Position numbers and translations under genes: made by a program. DNA of 64,000 nt from Lama guanicoe (taxonomy: Eukaryota), in assembly GCA_013239625.1 (NCBI GenBank), contig MU054338.1:2218968-2282967 (forward strand), in the 5' to 3' direction. The notes below the pieces were generated by a model, which saw only the letters and a list, made by a program, of their open reading frames with translations, ran no database searches and was not told the DNA's origin. Of this stretch, positions 52,201 to 64,000 are shown in pieces (position 1 is the stretch's first letter; every line of letters begins with the position of its first letter).

Positions 52201-55200
52201 TTCCTTTGGCCACTGAGCCGGGCAGGGGCCTGTATGAAGGGCGTGAGTGTTACTGGGGCAGAGCCTCCAGAGCCTGGGGCAGCTCCCAGCCACTCCCCTC
52301 CTCCCTGCCCTACACCCTCAGTGTGCAGACCACCTCAGGACCCGTCCACAGGTGTGAGCCTGTGTGCCTCCCTGCCATAGGCTGGCTTCTAGGATACAGG
52401 AGTCCTTGCTCTGTGGCCTGAGCTATAGCCACTGCCCCCATCAGAAGAAGAGGGCCTCAGTGCAGTGTCCCTCCGAGTGGCTGCTGGGCACACATGGGCT
52501 CAGGGTCTGTAGGGCACAAAGACCCCACCCTAGGGACCAACCCAAATGAAGTAAGTTTAAAGAAAGTGATGAAGCCCCCACAGGGAGGCTGGTGCATGCA
52601 CACTCGAGCAGCCTATGGCTGACACCTGCTGGAAGGACCCTCTGGGCACGATGCCCTCGTCACCCAAGCGTCCCCCAGCATCCCTTTAGGCTGTGTGCAG
52701 TCAGTGTCCCTCTGCTGGTATGTGTCTCTTCCCAGCCTATGGCCTGCCGAGCCCCCAGCCACATTCTCTTGGGTCACAGCACTGAAGCCAGTGCCCATGG
52801 GCCAGGGGTGTGAATGAATGAATGAATGAATGGGTGAAAGGATAGACGGATGGACAAATGGATGGTCTGGGCCTTAAAGGACCAGGGACACCACGTCAGC
52901 TCATCCAGACTGCTCCTCCTTCCCCCAGGTGACCCGGCTCTGTGACCTCTCTGTGGAAGGAGACTCGGTGACCTCTGTGGGCTGGTCTGAGCGGGTCAGT
53001 ACACCAGCCCCATCCCCCCACAGGGCAGGGTTGGCAAGGGGAGGTCTGACTGACCTCACTGGCAGGGGCCCTCCACAGTGTTGTGGGGCCTCGGAGACCC
53101 AGAGGAGCCAGAATCCAGCCTGGAGGTCACCTGTCCAAGCCCCAGGGTGACGTCTGTGCCCCTACCTGTCCCCAGCCTGGTAGAGTTGGTTAGAGTGATA
53201 GACACCAGGTCAGGCAGGCAGGCTCACTCCACACATTGAAGCATGTGGATCTCAGTGCGTATTGGATGGATTTTGACAAACCCATGTGCTTTGTGACCAT
53301 CCTCCCAGAAAGCTCTTAGGAGGAGTGTCTGAAGGGGCACACATTAGAGACTTTTAAGGAAATGGGCTTAAGGTTCTGCCACGGGGAGGGGGAGCGGGGG
53401 TGCCTGGGGCCACCCTTGCCGTAGGCCCACCCTTGCCCAGTCCCTGATGCCCGCTCTCGCCTGCATTGTCGGTCCTAGGGGAACCTGGTGGCCGTGGGCA
53501 CACACAAGGGCTTCGTGCAGATCTGGGACGCAGCCGCAGGAAAGAAGCTGTCCATGCTGGAAGGCCACACAGCACGCGTCGGTGAGGAGCTGCCTGGGGC
53601 CGGGGGCGGTTGGGTCCCCGAAAGGCCGGGCCCCGTCCTTAGCCCGCCCTCTGCCGGCCACAGGGGCGCTGGCCTGGAACGCCGACCAGCTCTCATCCGG
53701 GAGCCGGGACCGCATGATCCTGCAGAGGGACATCCGCACACCGCCCCTGCAGTCAGAGCGGCGGCTGCAGGGCCACCGGCAGGAGGTGTGCGGGCTCAAG
53801 TGGTCCACGGACCACCAGCTCCTCGCCTCGGGGGGCAACGACAACAAGGTAGGCCGGCCCCTCCCACCCGGCCAGCTCCCCCCTCTGGAACAGGGGCGAT
53901 GAGGGTGCACCCATGGAGGACTGGGGTGGGCTCTTCTTTCCTGTGGGAGCCGAGCTACCCCAGTCCTCATGGCCACTGTCCCCACAGCTGCTGGTCTGGA
54001 ACCACTCGAGCCTGAGCCCCGTGCAGCAGTACACGGAGCACCTGGCGGCCGTGAAGGCCATCGCCTGGTCCCCACACCAGCACGGGTTGCTGGCATCCGG
54101 CGGCGGCACAGCTGACCGCTGCATCCGCTTCTGGAACACACTCACGGGGCAGCCACTGCAGTGCATTGACACCGGCTCCCAGGTTTGCAACCTGGCCTGG
54201 TCCAAGCACGCCAACGAGCTGGTGAGTGCGGGGGTGAGGCCGGGGCGGTCAGGGCGTGCAGGCTGGAGCTGGCAGGGCAGGAGGCCAGGCCCCTGCCACA
54301 CTGGTCTCACAGAACCTGATCCAGGTGCCCATGCCCGGTGACCACTCGGAGAGGCCCACACTGTTTCCCTGTCTCCATCCATTCATCCACCAGAGTGCTG
54401 GGGTGCGGACTGTCACCTGTGGTTTTTGCACCCTGCCAGGCAGGCCCTAGTATCCTTGTTCCTTGATAGATGCATCTGGGAGTCTGAGTCCTGGGGCCAT
54501 GGAAGGGAGCCTCAGGCTCTAGAAGTGCCCTCTCCGCCCCCTAGGTGAGCACGCATGGCTACTCGCAGAACCAGATCCTGGTCTGGAAGTACCCGTCCCT
54601 GACCCAGGTGGCCAAGCTGACCGGGCACTCCTACAGGGTCCTGTACCTGGTGAGTCTGCACGGCCGGGCTCGGGAGGAAGTGCTGTGCCCACCCGAGCGC
54701 CACCTGAGCAGGTGGCGTGCACACACCCTTCCCCCGGCCCTGATGCTCCATCTGGTCCAGGTTTTGGGTTGGGACTGAAGGCAGATGTGGCATCATCACT
54801 GAATCTCTTCCACTAGCTTCCCTGAGGAAGGGCGGTTCTGTAGTTCTGCCCCCTGCACAACATCCACGTTTTTGGTTTCACACAAAATTAGAAGCCGCCG
54901 CAAATAAACCGTATCCAGCCACTCAGCACCTGGAGAGGTTTCACCGGATAACCATCTGCGAGTGCCTGGAGAGAGGACGGAGCCCCTCCCCCGAAACACA
55001 TTCACTCTTCGATTTTTTGCTTCTTTCTAGAAAAAAATGTCTTGTGTTTAAACCGGTAGAACCTTTGCCCAGTTGTCCCTCCTCAAGTGAGTTGTGGTGT
55101 CCTTTAAAGGTGTTTGCACAGGGCTGCTCTGCCCACAGTGCTCCGCCGGGGTGCAGGGGCCTCTGCTGCCCGCCTGGAAGCAGCCTGGCTCCCGCTGCCG

Positions 55201-55772
55201 CTGCTGCCAGCACTGTCTGTGGGGCCTCCTGCAGGGCATGAGGACACAGGGCGCCTCCTCCTCCCACAGGCCATGTCCCCTGATGGAGAGGCCATAGTCA
55301 CTGGTGCTGGAGATGAAACCCTGAGATTCTGGAATGTCTTTAGCAAAACCCGTTCAACAAAGGTAAAGTGGGTCGGTATCAGTGCCAGATGTTCCCCCAC
55401 GCGCGTCCCCTCGTACTGTCCCAGGGGCCTCCTCTGCCACTCGACCAGCCCCCGTCACCCCCTCAGCCATAATGTCCCCAGGGCTCTCCCTGGGCCCCCC
55501 ATCAGGCCCTCTTTCAGCTCCTGCGTTGCCTGGTGCCGTGTCCCAGGGCTCTGCAGAAGATGCCCACACAGGCCCTCCTCTGGCCCGAAACCTCGGGGTC
55601 CCTCCAGGCAGAATTTCCTTCCCACGATGAAGCGGCTGGTGCCCGACCCAACGGCCGAGCCCAGCTGCCAGCGCTTGCGGGAGGCCACTGGGGGCTGAAG
55701 GCTCAGCCGTCGCTCCTGTGTGCCCTGCAGGAATCCGTGTCTGTCCTCAACCTCTTCACCAGGATCCGGTAA
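49277..55772 (+). CDS. FZR1: Fizzy and cell division cycle 20 related 1 (Cdh1, APC/C coactivator), 493 aa
   Basis: Coding exons 49277-49345, 50579-50704, 50811-50874, 50953-51080, 51485-51567, 51971-52154, 52929-52994, 53479-53581, 53664-53848, 53988-54221, 54545-54649, 55270-55362 and 55731-55772 sum to 1482 nt in frame. [10 protein letters not shown] start, C-box DRFIPSR, WD40 repeats, C-terminal IR tail (LFTRIR*). Confidence 0.98.
49650..50075 (-). mobile_element. MLT1-type LTR remnant in an FZR1 intron
   Basis: gaggacatcaggcgttagatttagggccacccggctccagtataacctggtcttaac...ctgcaaagaccctatttcc...ggacacagttcaaccca. Similar copies at about 25770-26120 and 60010-60400. Confidence 0.6.
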
Positions 55773-58700
55773 ACCCGTGGCCGTGCTGTCCTGGTCTCAG
55801 AGCACCACCTCTTGTCAGCGTGCATGGACCCTCCCCTCCCCTGCATACAGGCCCCAGAGGAAGGCAGCCGGGGTGGGGCGGGAGCCGGGCCTGGAGAGAC
55901 CCCGAAGATTCTATTAAAGCCTGATTGCGAACTCTGTCAGCCGGTGTTTGGGGAGGGGCTGCGGTCGGGCACCCCAGGAATGGGGACTCCGGCTCCCTCC
56001 GCCCTGGGTGGCCCCGGCTCAGCCGGCTGTGCTCCTGTGCTCCGAGCGGATGGACACGGGATGGACGTCTCCTGGGACTCCGCCTGCTTCCATCTGTGTC
56101 TGTCACTGCCTTGCTGGGGCTGCATGCTCTTCCCGGAAGCGCGCGCTCCCCACCGCGCGTACCTGCTCCAGGACAGACAGCTGGGTGTCCGGGGACAGCT
56201 CAGACCTGCCCATGGATCAAAGGGACATTCCACTTGAGAGGTTTCTCTGCAGCCACCTCTGCGTGTCCCTGCCCTGGCAGCCATCCTGGTGACTTCTCCG
56301 GGGGCACGGCGTCGGGAGCAGGCCCCAGGCAGGCTGCATGCCGAAGGTCATCTCAAGATGGACTTGTCCAAGGAAAATGGAAGTCAGATCTGTTCGCCAT
56401 CATGTGCTCACCCCTCCTGAGCTGTCCTTGTCACTGACAGTCACAACCGACTGGTTCTTGCAGCTTGCTGGGCGGCCGGTCAGGGTAACCTGAGGGCAGA
56501 ACTGACCCCGAGGGCCAGGTCCTGTGGACACCTGGCACTCTTCCCCAGCCCCTCCCCCTCCGGGCCACCCTAGTGGCTCCTGTCCATCTGCACCTTCAGC
56601 CAGGGGCGGGGCACCCGCTGGTTCTCCTCAGGGCTTCCCCTGACCCTGGGTGTCCTCTGCCCTGTTCCTGACTGCACCTGGGCCCACCCTCCTCCAGATT
56701 CACCTCCAGACCTGGCGGAAACAGAGGGAGGGAGGCGGGGCCAGGGCCCTGGGCAGCTGCTCTTCCCCTCCTCCCCTCCCTCCCTCTCCCCTCCTCGGGT
56801 CAGAGGACACTGATGGAAGTGGACAGTGGAATAGGCCTGGGCGGGGTGGGGATCCAGCATGGCCCAGGGAAGGCCACAGAGTCCCCCGGTCATGCCGGCT
56901 CTGCTTGGAGCCCCCACTCCTCCAGGGTCTGAGAACCTTGTGCTCCCCCAGAGTCAGCCACACGTGTGCATGTGTATATATGTATTTGTGACTTTCTTTG
57001 GATTTGTCTTTGTGTTTTTGTAAATCAGTCCTCAGATGTTAAGGCTAGCGGCAGGGAGCAGTGGCTCGTCCCAGCTCCTTTGGGAGTGGAGGTCACAGCT
57101 TTTAAAGCCCTATCATTGGGAGGGGCAGTGGGCTGAACCTGCCTGAACTCGGGGAAGAGGGGGCTCCCGCCTCCCCGCCCATCCCGCAGCTGCCTGCGTG
57201 GGAGTGGGCGAGGGGCAGTGTACACAGATGCCCATCCCACCTGCCTGCGTGGAGGGGGAGGGGCATGGCAAGGGACAGTGTACATAGATGTGTAAGTATT
57301 CCGGATGGTCGAGATTCTATTTTTGTTTGAGTTTTGGTTTTTTTTTTTTAATAAGAAAAGGATTATGTCTGTACTGCACCCCACCCTGGCTCTGCTTGTA
57401 GGCTCCTCGCCTGGGAGCACAGAGGGGGCTTGAAACGATGAAAAGTGTTGTCAGCGGGCGCGGTGGCAGGGCCGAGTGTGGGAGCGGGCAATGTGCAGGC
57501 ACCTGGTGCGGGTGAGCCTTGCTCCTCCTGGAATGCAGTGTCGCAGCCATTAAACCATGTGGGTCATGCACGGCTGGGGCTGCCTGTCTGTCGGGCTGAT
57601 AGCTTGAATCTGCACATATGGGGACCCCAGAGCATCCTGAACGTGAGGGTGTGGGGGCCACTCACAGGCGGCTGGTCAGCATGGGGCGCCAGTGTCCCTG
57701 TACTCTTGGTCCCATGAGTCACACCAGTCCTTGCAGCCCTGCTGCGGGAAGAGGGGCCCATGCTGCTCCCGCTGAAAGGAGGAGGGTGGGCCCGGGCTGG
57801 TGGGGCAGCGTGGGTGCTGCTGCTGCCGCCTCTGCCTGACAGATGGGGCCCCAAGGCCAGCGGGAACGTTGCCAGCCCTGTGTCCTGCACTTGGGGACAG
57901 CTGGGTGTGGTTGGGCAGGATTTGTTTCCATTGATCCTGGGTTGATAGAGGAGAAAGGGAGTTAGTGACAGTGACAGCCAAAGGTGAGTGGGGCCTGTGC
58001 AGCAGTGAGGCGAGGAAGATGCAGGGGCTTCCCTGAAGGAAGTGGGGACCAAGTGGGCTGCAAGGAACAGAGAAGGTGGGGAACAGGAGGTTCTGGGGGC
58101 CAGAGAGGAAAACCAGCCCAGGCCAGAGGGGTTTGCAACACTGGGTGGGCCAGTAGGCCCAGGGGTCTTGAGAACAGAGGTGGCCCCTGCAGCGAGCAGC
58201 TGCCCATGACTGATGGCACACCCCAGGCCCTTCCCTCCCAGTGAAGACCCCTGTCCTGGGCACAGGGGATGAGAGAGGCCAGACCCAAGACGTACCCCTT
58301 AGGAGCTTCTGTTGTGGTGTGAGGGAGACGGTAGGTTGTTAAGAGCACGTGGCTGTCACTGGGTGATGGGTGGTGTGAGGTCTTGGGAAGCAGCAGCTTT
58401 GAATCCAGGGCTTGCTATGAACCTGACTTTTGAGCAAGAGCTTGAAGGACGTTTGAGCACAGACATGCCTGGGCAGAGGGCATGCTCCAGGCAGAGGGGG
58501 TGCTCCAGGCAGTGGGCACAGCCTGTGCAAAGGTCCTGGGGCAGGACAGTCGCTGGCATGTTAGAGAAACAGTGAGGAGGCCTGTGTGGCTGGAGCAGAG
58601 TGAGCGAGGGGGAGAGAGGGGAAGGGGCAGGGCAGGTCATACAGGGCCTTGTGGGCCCCAGGGAGGACATAGGCCTGTACCCCAGTGAGGGGGAGCCTTT

Positions 58701-59631
58701 GATGTGTGCTGACGTGGGAAGGGGTGAGGTTGCTCTGTGGAGGCTTGAAAACAGGTGGGCGGGGGCACAGAGAGACCGGGGAGGCAGTGACGTGACCACG
58801 GCCAGGAGCGGTGGAAGTGCTGAAAGACGGGCAGCTTCTGGATTTCTCCTTAATTTGTGTGTGTGTGGTAAAACACGCGTAACATAGTGAAGAGTACAGC
58901 GGAGCGCTTTGTTGTTATGTACTATATGTTGTGCCGCCATCATTACTAATTCCGGAACATTCCATCACCATAAAAGAAGCCCTGTCCTCAATAGCAGGCA
59001 CCCCCACCCCCCACCCAACTCTGACAAGCAGGAACCGCCCCTCTGTCTCTGGATTGGCCTATTCTGGACGTTTCACATAAACGGAATCACGCTGTGGCCT
59101 TGTGTGTCTGGTTCTCTCACTGAGCATCGTGTTCTCAGGGTCCATCCATGTCACGTTGGAGCGTCACTCCTTTTCTTGCCTGAATAGTACTCCAGCATGT
59201 GGGTAGACCCTGTGCTCTGTGTCCATCCTGCAGTTGGTGGGCATTTGGGTTGTGTCCACCCTTTGGCTGTTGTGGGTATTGCTGCTGAAAACGTGTGTGT
59301 GCGGATTCTCACTCTGGATGTGTTCTGGGACCAAAGGATGGATTGGATGGGGTGGGGTGGGGACAAGAGAGGGGCTAAGGGCTGCACGGGCACCTGAGCA
59401 CCCTGAAGGGTGGAACTCGGGGTGCAGGAGGGAAATTCAGAAGCTTCATTTGGTTCAGGAGGCAGAGGAGGGGTGGGAAGGCAGGGGCTCAAGGCCACGG
59501 CCCCACCCAGTGCGTGCCCGCCTCCTTCCTCCAGCCTCTGCCCTTGGGTCCTGGCCCCTCAGCTGGGGGAGTGGCCTGGATGGGGGCCAGCTGGCTGAGC
59601 CGTTGCCAGGACGCCAGAGCCACCTTTGTAG

Positions 59632-62564
<2,933 letters not shown>

Positions 62565-63191
62565 TAAAGATCTTGCTGCCCAAAGCGGCTCTGCAGGGAT
62601 AAAGGCAACTACCAACCAGGACCCTGGGGGCCAAGCCCCAGGGCAGAGGCAGGCAGACGCCAGCTGCCCTCTCCCGGCATCGGCTCCCCAAGCCCGGCCC
62701 AGGCTAACAGCCGAGGCCACAGTCCTCGCCAGGGGCAGCTCTTTATTCACTGTTGGTGGTGGCCTAAGCCCTGCACGCTGATCCCCGCTGCCGCCACGGC
62801 TGGGGTCTGGGCCCAGTCCCCCAACCCCGGGGCTGGGGCTCCTGGCAGGCTCAGTGCCAACACCGTCCTCCAGGGCCTGGCAGCACCCGGGAGACCCTAG
62901 CCAGCCCAGGGGTGAGCCTGGCACAGCCCCTGGACCTGGGACCTTCACATCCAGTCCCTCCGCAACACAGAGCACCCCAAACCATCCAAGCAGCTGGGAG
63001 GGATTAGAGTGGGGACTGGGGGGCCCCACCAGCCCCTGGGTACCAGAGGGCCTAGCTCGGTACCCACCCATCCTGACCTCACCCACCAACCCCCTGCAGC
63101 CGGCAGGACAGATGCAGGATGGGAACAGAGGAACAGGAGGACAGTCACAGTTGTGGTTAATTAATATAGGGCAAGGGACTATGAGGCGGTG

Positions 63192-63459
63192 TCAGGGCTG
63201 GGCTCCAGGGTCCCCTGCAAGAGAAGACGGTGGGAGGGGGGTTAGCCAGGGTGGGGCCTGTCCTGTCCCAGACCTACCACCCGTGGCTGGCTTGGGGCTC
63301 TTAGGAGGAAGAGGGGCCTGCAACTCACAGTGCCGAAGGCGGATGGGCCAGATGAGGAGACTGCACAGAGCGAGGGTGGCGGCCACACCCACGCCACCCG
63401 TCACGGCCACCATCACCCAGTGGTAGAAGTCCACGCAGGCCCTGCAGCAGAGGTCTGAG
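63192..63459 (-). CDS. MFSD12: MFSD12 (lysosomal/melanosomal cysteine importer), last two coding exons; the gene continues beyond the window
   Basis: Exon 63459-63329 (131 nt, [43 protein letters not shown], donor GTGAGT) and exon 63214-63192 (WDPGAQP*). AATAAA at 62747-62742. Confidence 0.9.
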
Positions 63460-64000
63460 CTAGGGGCAGAGCAAGGGCGGAAGAGGGTGAGCAGACACCA
63501 GCCTGGGCTCCCCACTCCTCCCGTCTCCAATGGGGCAGCCCCGTCGTCCCCGTCGTCCCCACACTCAGGCCAGGACCAGAGGGATCACCCTCAACCCTCT
63601 TCTCCCCTCCAACATGAGACTTCAGCTGATGATGTCAGCTCTGCCTTCAGAGTCTCAGACTGCCCACTACTCCTCCCTCCTGAGCCCCCACCTGGTCCAG
63701 CCCCATCCCCACCCACCGGGACTGCCCCCAGTACCCTCCCCCAACTTCTTGCCATCACCTCCCCCAGGCGGCCCTCCCTGCAGGGGCCACCAGGGGGTGC
63801 CAGTGAGCACCTGAGCCAGGCCCTGCCCTACCCACAGCTCCCACTTCCCTGGGGTAAAAGCTCATGTCCTCCCCTCAGCCCACAAAGCCCTGTATAACAT
63901 GCCCCGTCCCCTCCCTGCCCTCACCTCCTCCCTCCCTCCCCCTTGCCACACGGGCTTCCTTGTTCCTCCAACATGCCAGGCACAGTCCTGCCCAGAGCAA

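Overview
GC-rich mammalian genomic DNA. Its tRNA-derived SINEs look camelid-type (inference), and the gene order matches my recollection of human 19p13.3. I reconstructed spliced genes by hand from GT-AG sites and codon phase. Left to right they are: an apparently intact SMIM24/MAP17-family tandem paralog (minus, 3 coding exons, 104 aa, invisible as a whole in the ORF track), SMIM24 (minus, 130 aa), SMIM44 (minus, 146 aa), DOHH (minus, 303 aa), FZR1/Cdh1 (plus, 493 aa), TEKTIP1/C19orf71 (plus, 207 aa) and the last two coding exons of MFSD12 (minus). Intergenic and intronic DNA holds L1, MIR/L2, MLT1 and other LTRs, MER-type DNA elements, SINEs with target-site duplications and (GGAT)n tracts. 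The best lead is the extra SMIM24-like gene at 1743-2969, which keeps the signal peptide and KPWLVGL transmembrane exon but lacks the C-terminal PDZ motif. Other leads are a TISU-context uORF in the DOHH leader and a sharply localised AT-to-GC substitution patch inside an L1. Most ORF-track entries are chance GC-rich ORFs. Repeat family names and boundaries are by eye and approximate.
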